In this document: piece by piece, positions 20,233-29,780 of the stretch
How the letters are laid out: every line of letters starts with the position of its first letter
Numbering within the stretch: position 1 is the stretch's first letter
From: Bdellovibrionales bacterium
GTDB taxonomy: Bacteria > Bdellovibrionota > Bdellovibrionia > Bdellovibrionales > JAUICD01
Reading direction: 5' to 3'
NCBI GenBank assembly: GCA_965262715.1
Contig: OZ253553.1
Span: 992,001 to 1,056,000, forward strand
DNA length: 64,000 bases
The notes under the pieces: model-generated
What the model saw: the letters and a program-made list of their open reading frames with translations, nothing else
Told to the model about the DNA's origin: nothing
Database searches by the model: none
Translations under genes and position numbers: made by a program

Positions 20233-20674
20233 GTTATTTTTTCTTCTATAAGTTCAATAAAAAATATCTTTCTGTAGATGCCTTTAAAATACCATTTTTA
20301 CATCTTATTCACTTTACAAATTCAACTTTAGTTTAGCAAAAACTACATAAGTCTTAAGCAATTAAGACCAGGTCAGGTAGTATAAAAATCTAGTTTTTTC
20401 CAGAAAGGGTGACAGCAAAATAGTTAAGTAATTTTAGCTACTTGATACTGTAACTTTTATATATAAGTCACAGTCAAAACTCAGCCATTGGTAGTGTAAG
20501 TGACTGAATCTAACTAAAAGACTTGAAGTTATAAGTGTCTACATGTTTAGTACCTCAGCATTTCATTACTTTTTGAACATCCATCTTAAGCTTTTCAACC
20601 TTAATGAATGATGAAAAAAACAAAGCATGATTGTTATTAAGAATAATAATAAAGGAGATAAAAAATGAGATCTA

Positions 20675-20835
20675 GTTTCCCTCAAAATAAACCAGCCTCT
20701 AGAGGCGAGCCTCTAGCTGTTTTTGGGCAGTCAGCCTGAAGATTCACATCTTCAAGAAAATGCTGACTACCTCAAAAATCCGTTTATTTTAAGGAAGGAG
20801 ATACTCCTCATTTTTTAACACCATGTTAAGGAAAT
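20675..20835 (+). repeat. Structured palindromic element inserted at the pilin-2 start region
   Basis: GTTTCCCTCAAAAT...CTGAAGATTCACATCTTC...ATGTTAAGGAAAT; absent from the left arm. Confidence 0.85.
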
Positions 20836-20858
20836 TATTTAATAAAAGGAGATAGAAA

Positions 20859-21620
20859 ATGAGATTATCAAGACTTAAAATATATAAGATGTATAGGAGA
20901 AGTCGTTTTGGTAGACAAGGCGGTTTTTCATTAGTTGAATTAATGGTGGTTGTTGCGATCATTGGTATCTTAGCAGCCATTGCCATTCCGAACTATCAAC
21001 GTTTCCAAAGAAAAGCAAGACAGAGTGAATCAAAGATACTAGCATCAGGCCTTTACAATGCTGAAAAGATGTTTATATCAGAGCATGGATTTGGTTCTAC
21101 AAATTTGCACCAAATTGGCTTTACTCCAGATGGTACTGTTAACTATATGGTTGGTTTTGCAGCAGTTGAAGGAGGTACAAAAATCAATCAATCCACTAGG
21201 CAAGTTGGTTTTCATGGCCCTTTACCTGAAAAGGCTGGTGGTGATCTTACTACATTTCATGTATGTGGAGGAGGTATTACTGGCACTCTTTCTTCTGACG
21301 CACCCGATTGTACAGTTGCAACGGGAGCAGATAAAGACACGAGTGGTGTTCCTTTAACTAACTTCCCAACTGGTATAGCTGATTTTCAAGCTTGTGCAAA
21401 TGCTAGCAACACAGGAAATTGTAGTCCTGCACCTGCATGTAATAATGTTGGATCTGGAGCTAACTGTAGTGTAGTAAGTGCTGCTGCTATGGATAATACA
21501 GGTAGAAACAATGTAAGTTTTTCAATTGGAGCTATAGCAGCAATAGGCGGCAACAAAGATGATGTCTGGGTTATGAGCCAGGATAAAACTTTAAAAAATG
21601 TTCAAGATGGAACTCAATAA
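20859..21620 (+). CDS. pilA: Type IV pilin (copy 2)
   Basis: Same class III signal and alpha-1 helix as copy 1; ends QDGTQ. Confidence 0.9.
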   Translation: MRLSRLKIYKMYRRSRFGRQGGFSLVELMVVVAIIGILAAIAIPNYQRFQRKARQSESKILASGLYNAEKMFISEHGFGSTNLHQIGFTPDGTVNYMVGFAAVEGGTKINQSTRQVGFHGPLPEKAGGDLTTFHVCGGGITGTLSSDAPDCTVATGADKDTSGVPLTNFPTGIADFQACANASNTGNCSPAPACNNVGSGANCSVVSAAAMDNTGRNNVSFSIGAIAAIGGNKDDVWVMSQDKTLKNVQDGTQ

Positions 21621-21717
21621 TTTTATCTTAAGAACTTTGTAATCTTGTTTTCAAAGAATTCATTTTTATAAAGCCATCTAGGTAGATACTTAGATGGCTT
21701 TTATTTTATGAGGTTTT

Positions 21718-22206
21718 ATGATGAAGCCATTTATAAAGTATTTAAGGATACTTAGAAAATATAAATATTGGGTTTATTGCTGGGTTTTGATTGTAGGTGT
21801 TGGAGTTGTCTACACTTTTATTGATCATTTTAATTTAGAACAACTTAGGCAAAAGGAATACTTTCGCCTATCCATGCACTTAAAGAAAGATACAGAAGCT
21901 TTTCAAATGATTATTTATAAAAACTACGATATAAATCATGAGGAAATTTTAAGGACAGGTGGAGCTATTGAGTCTTTTTTAGGTATTTGCAAAGGAGAGG
22001 AAGACTGTAAGTTACTAAGGAGCAATTACGCTGTAAGAGCTTGCAGAGATATCATATCTAGCAACACATTTGATACATTCAGAGTCTATCACTGTTGGAC
22101 AAAGCCAAATTTAGAGTTTACTAACCGTTTGAAATGCCAGCCATTAACTTTTGGTGATTTTAAAAGCTCTTGCAAACTAGGATACAAAATAGCTATGCAT
22201 ACATAA
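21718..22206 (+). CDS. Hypothetical membrane-anchored protein downstream of pilin (copy 2)
   Basis: Near-identical to 12784-13269. Confidence 0.75.
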   Translation: MMKPFIKYLRILRKYKYWVYCWVLIVGVGVVYTFIDHFNLEQLRQKEYFRLSMHLKKDTEAFQMIIYKNYDINHEEILRTGGAIESFLGICKGEEDCKLLRSNYAVRACRDIISSNTFDTFRVYHCWTKPNLEFTNRLKCQPLTFGDFKSSCKLGYKIAMHT

Positions 22207-22607
22207 AGGATGGTTTAAGAAGAAGGCTCGGGTAATAAATACAGTACTGAAAATTAAGTAACAATAAAAATAACATAAATATATTAGCAACCAGAGTTAA
22301 AGCACCTAAGAAGTGAGACATTATGAAAGCACATACTGATAACATTTTAACAAGTTTTTTTTTAGGGCTGCTTGGCGGTACAATTGTAAGGATTATTTTC
22401 TTATACGTTAATCAATCTACTTTAGATATAAATATCTATAAGACCTTTCTGATAGGTTTGATGATAGATAGCTTGGTGCTTTCTGTACTATTTTTGCCTA
22501 CTTTATTCTTTTTAGTCGCTCGTATACATCTTTTACATCTTTCTAAATGCCTTTGGTTTATATTAAAGCTTCAAAGGTTTTACCTTTTTACAGTTATCTC
22601 TTTATTT

Positions 22608-24014
22608 GAGGTTGTCCCATAGATCGGTGAAATTTTCTTATAGAAATTAGAAGAAAGTAGAGCTCCCGGCTATCCTAAGTGGTCTAGCCGTTGTTTACTG
22701 TTTTTATTTTATCAGGAAATAGATAACAGAAAGGAGCTATTATGAAGAGTAGTAAGAATGGTTATTCAATTCAAGTTTTATCATCTGAGTCAAATGAGAT
22801 TCGAGAGATCCTAGAGCATCGCATGAGATCAATGGTTATTAATATGATCCATGATTTCTTTGAGGATGAGTTATTATCACTGTGTGGTAAGCGTCATGGT
22901 CGTGGTCGTGATACAAGATATTACAGAGCGGGTAGTGATTCTGGGAGTGTTCTTGCACAAGGTCAAAGGCTTCAGGTGAGGAAGCCTAGGGTGAAGGAGA
23001 AGGGAGGTTCTGATATTAAGCTGCGGTCTTATTCAGTGCTTCAAAAGTATGACATACTTTGTGATAAAGTTTTGAGTCATGCTATGAGAGGGGTATCTTG
23101 TCGTAATTACAATGAACTTCTTGATGATATTGTAGGAGGAACGGGTCTTTCTAAGAGTACAGTGAGCAGAGTCTTTAATAAGTCATCTAGGAAGTTTCTT
23201 GAATCTTTAAATGGTCGTGATCTGAGTAAGGATAAGTTTTCATCAATTATGATTGATGGTGTTGTTTTTGGATCAAGGACAGTGGTTGTAGCTCTTGGCA
23301 TCACAGTTGAAGGTAAGAAGTTAGTTCTGGGTCTTAGAGAGGGTCATACAGAGAACTGGGAAGTTTGCAAGGACTTATTAGAGAGTTTAATAGCAAGAGG
23401 TCTTTGTTCAGATAAGCCTTACCTTTTTGTAATTGATGGTAGCAGATCTTTAAGGACAGCTATTAATAGAGTTTTTGGTAAGAGAGCAGTAGTTCAACGC
23501 TGTATTCACCACAAGGAGAGGAATGTTTTAAGTTATTTACCTCAGGAACGTCATTTAGAGTTTAAGCGTCGCTGGAAGATGGTGCATGGTTTTAATGATT
23601 ATGATTCTTCTCAGAGAGAATACAATAAGTTACTGAGTTGGTTAAGCAGGATTAATTATGCAGCATTGGCTTCACTTAAGGAAGCAAAGGAGGAGACACT
23701 GACAGTTATCAAGTTGAAGGTATCTCCACTGCTAAGGAGAACCTTATCTTCTACAAATCCTATTGAGTCTGCCTTTTCTATTGTAAGAGATAAAGTCAGC
23801 AGGGTTAAGAACTGGAGAAGTTCTTCAGATCAGGTCATGAGATGGGCTGCTGTTTCTTTAGTTGAAGCTGAAAAAAAGTTTAGAGCTATTAAAGGGTATA
23901 AAGATTTAAATACAATGGAAGAAAATTTAAACCTATTGACTAACAATAGAAACAGGCGTAGCAAAACATCAAGCTCTGCTTAACTTCAATTTCACCGAAA
24001 CGTGGGACATCCTC
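22608..24014 (+). mobile_element. IS256-family element
   Basis: Ends GAGGTTGTCCCA../..TGGGACATCCTC; 8-bp TSD CTTTATTT at 22600-22607 and 24015-24022. Confidence 0.93.
22742..23983 (+). CDS. IS256-family (mutator-type) transposase
   Basis: IMIDG, GKKLVLG, VIDGS, QRCIHHKERN, STNPIES. Confidence 0.93.
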   Translation: MKSSKNGYSIQVLSSESNEIREILEHRMRSMVINMIHDFFEDELLSLCGKRHGRGRDTRYYRAGSDSGSVLAQGQRLQVRKPRVKEKGGSDIKLRSYSVLQKYDILCDKVLSHAMRGVSCRNYNELLDDIVGGTGLSKSTVSRVFNKSSRKFLESLNGRDLSKDKFSSIMIDGVVFGSRTVVVALGITVEGKKLVLGLREGHTENWEVCKDLLESLIARGLCSDKPYLFVIDGSRSLRTAINRVFGKRAVVQRCIHHKERNVLSYLPQERHLEFKRRWKMVHGFNDYDSSQREYNKLLSWLSRINYAALASLKEAKEETLTVIKLKVSPLLRRTLSSTNPIESAFSIVRDKVSRVKNWRSSSDQVMRWAAVSLVEAEKKFRAIKGYKDLNTMEENLNLLTNNRNRRSKTSSSA

Positions 24015-26052
24015 CTTTATTTTTGTTAAGCTCTTTTGTTGATATCTTTATCTTTCAGGTTTACCACCATAGGCTTAATGGATCTCTGATCACACAAGTT
24101 TTAAATATGCCTTTCGCGATGTTGTTTAATATGATCCAGTCACATTTTAGCTATGAAATATTGATGGTTCCTCTTTTAGTTATTATCGCTTATAGCTGTA
24201 CATGTTGGCATATCTCTATTAAGAAAACTCATCGATTCTTCTCAAAGAGAATTGGCAGTAAAGCTTATAAAGAACTGCCTTTAAAACAGCAATTACAAAC
24301 ACTTCTAATTCCTTATTTATTGATATTTATTTTTACAAGTTTTATTTATGTCCCTACCTTTTCTTCAAAATCATTTGATCAAATTATTTATGTACAGCAA
24401 AAAGAGTATACTTTGCAGGCTGCATCTAAAAACTCTTTTTTATACCTCTTTCAAGAAGTATTCGCATATGAATCTCATTATGATGGTTTTAGAAAAGATT
24501 GGATGGAACATAGATATGATTTCTTAAAAAAAGATTTTCAAAGATTAGTCAGTGAAGATAGCGTTGAGTTTGTAGAGAATTATAAAAATTTTTTGAAAAG
24601 ATCGAAGAATCCAAAAAAAGAATTCCAGACTAAACCTCATATTGTCTTACTCAATGTTGACTCTTTATCTCAGAGATTTCTGGAAGATGAAAATCACCTT
24701 CCTTACTTAAAAGAGATGGTCAGTGATGGAGCTTATTTCACTGATTTTTACTTTCATTATGGAAGTAGTATGAATGCTTTTATATCTTTATTATTTGGCC
24801 TGCCTATGATCCATCGACAGGATTTTTTTATGGATAGTATTTTTAAAAAAACAAATAAGATATCTTTAATGAATATTCTGAAAAATGAAGGATATAAGTC
24901 AATATATCTAGAAGGATGCACTTATGATCACTATCAAGTGAGTGAAACTTTTAAAAAATATGGAGGGTATAAAGCCATCATAAAAACACATTTTAAATCT
25001 TCTTTAAATAAGGATAAATATATGTGTACAGCTAATGATTATCAACTAGCTAATAGATCTTTATCAGAAATAGAAAAAATTTACAAAGAAGCGCCTCTTT
25101 TTGTTAAAATACATCTTATGACAATACATTTTGCTGGAAATATTCCACATGTTGAAGCTCATGGATATCCAAAATCTTTTGATATAAAAAAACACTGTAA
25201 AATATCTAAAGACTCTATATATAAAGAAAGGTTACAAAACGGACTATGTTATACAAACTTTGTAGTTAAAGATTTTATTAAAAAAGTCAGTGACTTAATA
25301 GGTGATAATCTGATAATAGTTCTTACAGGTGACCATCGCATATGGCAACCACATCCTTATAAAGAAGAAAGTTTAGAACCCATGCAAGTCCCTTTGATTA
25401 TTTTAGATAAAAGGGGGCTGACACCAAAAGGTGTGATTGATAAAGTCGCTTCACATCAAGATGTTGCGCCAACACTGCTTTATATGATTGGTTATGAGGG
25501 AGCTTACCCCTTTTTAGGTAGAAATCTATTAGACAAAAATGAAAAAGAAGGGCTTACTGCTTTTCAAGATAGAGATTTTTATAGTTTTAGAACAGGGAAA
25601 TATCTTTTATCATATTATAATAAAGAATCTCATCTTTTTGAAATAACTAAAGATAAAATAAAAGTTCCTTTAGATAATAATGACTTAAGGTTAAGGCTTG
25701 AAAAAGATTTTAAGCAGTATATGGCAGGGCTTGCTATGTGGAACTCTGTCGACCACGTCATAGAGCAAAAAAAACAATAACCTTACTTAAATCTCCGGGA
25801 ATCTGGCATTCAGGCAAACTGGCAATCTGTATCAGGCATTATCATTCACGTTCAACCTTTGTATTTGAAAGCACTTTATATTGAATGCTAACAATATAAG
25901 AATTGTAAAAGCCAATGATAAGAATGAGAAAGAGGCTCGCCTCGAGAGTCTGGCCTTAAAGTAATGAATTTCAAAGTTCAAGAAATAAATTGAAGGTTCA
26001 GCTCAACAGAACTTGTTTCCAGATTGCCAGAGGAATACCTTTTTAGTGAAAC

Positions 26053-26215
26053 GATTTCCTTAACATTTTATTAAATAATGAGGATAACCTTCTACTAAAA
26101 ATGCATCAGGCTTTCTAGGCAGTAAGCTACTTGCTGAAGATGTGAATCTTCAGGCTTACTGCCAGAAAGTAGCCAGAGGCTTACCTCGAGAGGCTAGATG
26201 CATTTTTAGTGAAAC
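26053..26215 (-). repeat. Structured palindromic element immediately downstream of an Rpn gene
   Basis: Reverse complement matches array units 3/4 (GTTTCACTAAAAATGCATC...TTAAGGAAATC). Confidence 0.88.
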
Positions 26216-26220
26216 AGCTT

Positions 26221-27243
26221 TTACTTAGAATCCTTTTGAAAATTACGAATTTCTTGCTTTGAAAGACCTGTAATCTCAGATACCTTTTCTACACTCATAT
26301 CAGCTTTAAGTAACTTCAATGTGATCTCTTTTCGACCCTCTTGCACACCTTTCTGCATACCTTTCTGCATACCTTCCTGTATACCTTCCTTTATGCCTTC
26401 CTTTATGCCTTCCTGTACTTTCTTTCGTATTACACCAGCCATAGTATAATCAAGTTCGTCCATAATACTCTCTCCTCCTAATTCTTCTGTGACTTCTTTA
26501 GAAGCCTCCTTAAATAAGTCTTCATCTATCTGTGAGTCATAATCCATAAAATATTGCCTTATTGCTAATAACACATCTATTTTATACTGTTTTGACTCAT
26601 TTTTTAAGTCTTTTTTTACTGATAATAAAATTTTACGCAATACTGCTTTTCGCTCTTTTCTGTTCTTACACTCTTTTAAAGACCAAATATCTTCAAATGC
26701 GTATAAAATCGATTTCATACTATCCATCGCTTGTTTTGCTATATCAAACTTGGATAAGTCGAACACATAAGGTTTAAAATTCATAAGGTATGGTGAAAGT
26801 TTCTTAAAATCTTCTTCTGAAAAAAGACCTCTAGATATCCAATCCTCATGCAAAGAAGATGGACTCTTCCATTTCTTATCACCATGATAAAAAATTATGC
26901 AAAACACTGGAAGTGGAAGTTCATGCTTACTCTTACAATACTCATTGACTATCATTAATTGGTATTTTTGTAATTGCTGTATCACATTCTTATCTGGCCA
27001 GCTTTTGTGATCTAAAACTAAAATAATCTTAGCTCTCTTCTTAGAATTCTTGAGCATTATACTTAATACTAAATCTGCTCTAATCTCAGATTTTTTAACA
27101 ACAACATTAGGCTCTATTTTTAATGTAGATAAATCAAAAAGATCTGAAATATCCTTAGATAAAATTGTCTTTAATAATCTCTTTATTTTCTCAACTGTAG
27201 AAAAAATACTCCTAAAAAATATATCATGAGGATGTTTCGTCAT
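26221..27243 (-). CDS. Rpn-family nuclease, close inverted paralog of 8910-9866
   Basis: Highly similar protein; expanded (Q/K)EG(I/M) 4-aa repeats (ORF track starts 27309). Confidence 0.88.
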   Translation of the reverse strand: MTKHPHDIFFRSIFSTVEKIKRLLKTILSKDISDLFDLSTLKIEPNVVVKKSEIRADLVLSIMLKNSKKRAKIILVLDHKSWPDKNVIQQLQKYQLMIVNEYCKSKHELPLPVFCIIFYHGDKKWKSPSSLHEDWISRGLFSEEDFKKLSPYLMNFKPYVFDLSKFDIAKQAMDSMKSILYAFEDIWSLKECKNRKERKAVLRKILLSVKKDLKNESKQYKIDVLLAIRQYFMDYDSQIDEDLFKEASKEVTEELGGESIMDELDYTMAGVIRKKVQEGIKEGIKEGIQEGMQKGMQKGVQEGRKEITLKLLKADMSVEKVSEITGLSKQEIRNFQKDSK

Positions 27244-27351
27244 TGGTATGCACCTCTTACAAAATTCGTGTATTTCAAAAAAACTCCAATCCTCAATATC
27301 AAAGTTCAAGTAGAATTAGAGTACTTCTATGAAACCTCTCGATAAAGATAT

Positions 27352-27447
27352 AGCAAGATACATGCCATGTTAAAATGATGATAAAAGTGGGTTTTAAATT
27401 ATAAAATTGAGATCATGTCCGGATTTTAATCATCCGAATCCGGATTT
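27352..27447 (-). promoter_or_regulatory. Sigma-54-type promoter with paired TCCGGA sites
   Basis: AGCAAGATACATGCCA on + strand at 27352-27367; TCCGGA at ~27418 and ~27439. Confidence 0.7.
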
Positions 27448-27847
27448 CCTATATCCTCTAAATAATTTTAAACATAAATAATGAATCTCACTTAAAATAA
27501 AAGTTTAAAAATAAAATCAAAACTGCTTCATTAAAGAAAGTTTAAAATGATGAATATACAGTAAATATTCTCTATCTATACTTTTCTCCTTTATCCTTTA
27601 GTAGGGAGAAAAAAATAAGGAAAACTCAAAACAGATAGACTGCTAAATTCCCCGCTTTTCTAGTACTGCCAGCATTAGGAAATACCAATTAGGTAAGTTG
27701 AACTCAGGGAAATCAGTAAACAACAAAATTCTTAAAATTATAAGGGTTGCATAAATCCAATAAATCATCAAAAATTGATTTAAACAATGATAGAGCAATA
27801 TAAATCTATTGGCAGCAAAAACTAAAGCATCTAAAAAATAAACCATT

Positions 27848-28562
27848 ATGAAATCACAAAACACTGATAACATCTTAACAAGTTTTTTCTTAACACTGCT
27901 TGGCGGCAGTATTGTCAGAACTATCTTTTTATGTGTAAATCACTCTGCTTTAGATATAAGTATCTATAAGACATTCCTGATAGGTGTGATGATAGATAGC
28001 TTAGTGCTTTCTATATTATTTCTACCTACTTTATTTTTTCTAATTTTACGCATGCGTCTTTTTAAATATCTTAAGTTTATATCGATGCTTCAAAGATTTT
28101 ATCTTTTTATAGTTATCTCTTTATTTTTATTAAGCTCTTTCGTAGATATCTTTATCTTTAAAATTTATCATCATAGGTTAACCCTACTTCTGATTGAACA
28201 AGCTTTACATATCTTTTCAATATTATTCAATGCACTTCAATCACAGTTTAGCTATGAAATATTAATTCTTCCACTTTTGTTAATTATTTCATATATTTGC
28301 ACCTGTTGGCATGTCCCTATTGAGAAAATTCATCGATTCTTCTTAAAGAAAATTTACAGTAAAGCTTATAAAAAACTGCCTTTAAAGCAGCAATTACAAA
28401 CACTTCTAATTCCTTATTTGTTGGTATTTATTTTTACAAGTTTTATTTATGTTCCTATTTTTTCTTCAAAATCATTTGATCAAATCATTACCTCACAGCA
28501 AAAAAAATATGTCCTGCAATCAGCCTCTAAAAATTCCTTTTTTTATCTCTATCAAGAAACAT
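27848..28562 (+). pseudogene. Second LTA-synthase/sulfatase-family paralog, truncated by IS3 (catalytic domain absent)
   Basis: Aligns with 22323-24450; similarity stops at the IS3 end and does not resume after it. Confidence 0.85.
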
Positions 28563-28575
28563 TGAGGTGTACCCT

Positions 28576-29358
28576 TTATTTGGAGGATCCGTTCCATATT
28601 TTACTCACTGCTGAGATTCCCATTGTTGTTAATTCTCCTGTTTTCCATTTAGCTTCAAATTCATTAGGTGATAAGTAACCTAATGAAGAATGTCGCCTTT
28701 TTTTATTATACATACCTTCGATAAACTTTGGAATACTTCTTAATACATCTTCAAAAGTTTTATATTCACACAGATGAACCTCTTCTCGTTTTAAAGAGCT
28801 AAAGAAAGATTCAACAAATGCATTATCCCAACAATTGGCTTTTCTCGACATACTGATCTTAAAGCCTTTTTCTTTAAGCTTGTAGGTATAATCTTTACTG
28901 GTGTATTGCACACCTTGATCACTATGATGAATACATCCTTTAGTATCTGATCTCTGCTCTAAACTCATCTCTAAAGCTCCTAAACAAAGCTCTGTGTTGA
29001 TCTCTCTAGAAATAGCCCACCCTACAATCTTCCTTGAAAAAATATCTAAAATCACTGCTAAAAAAACAAAACCATCTTGAATCCTAATGTATGTGATATC
29101 TGTTACCCAAAGCTGGTTGGGTCTATTCACTTCAATGCCAAAAGTTAAATTCGGATAAACTCGATTTGAATGTTTAGAATCCGTGGTTGAAACTCTAAAA
29201 CCCTTGTAAATCAAGGCCTTTAAACCGTATTTCCGCATAATGCGAGCAATCCTCTTGCGGTTGGCTTTAATACTCTTCTCTTGCTCAAGTTCCAATTGAA
29301 TACGACGTATTCCATACATCGGGTATTTACACTGTATCCTCTCAATCTGCTCTTTCAA
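28576..29358 (-). CDS. IS3 OrfB (integrase core); probably fused to OrfA by -1 frameshift
   Basis: WVTDITYI, HHSDQGVQY, DNAFVESFF; AAAAAAG slippery site near end of orfA. Confidence 0.92.
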   Translation of the reverse strand: MKEQIERIQCKYPMYGIRRIQLELEQEKSIKANRKRIARIMRKYGLKALIYKGFRVSTTDSKHSNRVYPNLTFGIEVNRPNQLWVTDITYIRIQDGFVFLAVILDIFSRKIVGWAISREINTELCLGALEMSLEQRSDTKGCIHHSDQGVQYTSKDYTYKLKEKGFKISMSRKANCWDNAFVESFFSSLKREEVHLCEYKTFEDVLRSIPKFIEGMYNKKRRHSSLGYLSPNEFEAKWKTGELTTMGISAVSKIWNGSSK

Positions 29359-29429
29359 ATCAAAATCCCTTTGCTCTCGCTCTTGCTGTGAAATCTTTCT
29401 CTTGTAATAGTAGCTACTTAAAGGTAACC

Positions 29430-29780
29430 CTAACGCTTTACACGTTTTTGAAATTGATCCAAATTCTTTCCAGTGATTACCGATGATCTCACGCTTCTCC
29501 TCTGCTGAAGCTCCTTTTTGGCCTTTTTTAAAAACTCGTTCTCTAGGCTCAGCTGTCCTACCTTTGCCTGAAGAGCATATACTTGTCTCTCTAGAGATCT
29601 CTCCCTTGATGAAGGGTTTCCCAAAGGTGTCCCTTGTTGATACTTCTTAAACCACTCTAAGACTGTTTGGCGATGAAGTTGATGCTCCCGGCAAATCTCT
29701 AACAAAGATCTGCCTTCATGCATCGATTTACAAATAGCTTCCTTAAATTCAACATTAAATCGTCTTCTTACTTTGCCCAT
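29430..29780 (-). CDS. IS3 OrfA (HTH)
   Basis: RRRFNVEFK...LENEFLKKA. Confidence 0.9.
   Translation of the reverse strand: MGKVRRRFNVEFKEAICKSMHEGRSLLEICREHQLHRQTVLEWFKKYQQGTPLGNPSSRERSLERQVYALQAKVGQLSLENEFLKKAKKELQQRRSVRSSVITGKNLDQFQKRVKR

Larger units (their letters stand above)
20418..22194. repeat. Right arm of large inverted duplication (partner ~12794-14381): pilin leader, pilin and downstream gene
   Basis: Leader, pilin 5' end, pilin 3' end, hairpin and downstream gene all match the reverse complement of the left arm; pilin middle diverged. Confidence 0.9.
22323..25780 (+). pseudogene. LTA-synthase / sulfatase-family membrane protein interrupted by IS256
   Basis: N-terminal TM part 22323-22607 continues after the IS; removing it restores VISLFLLSSFVDIF as in the paralog; HIVLLNVDSLS, LTGDH, VASHQDVAPTL. 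Confidence 0.85.

Noticed and set aside
13365..21620. Diversity-generating retroelement acting on pilins
   Set aside because: No reverse transcriptase; differences include indels and are not adenine-specific
24002..25780. Independent intact gene starting at GTG 24002
   Set aside because: Start lies inside the IS256 end; it is the 3' part of the gene beginning at 22323
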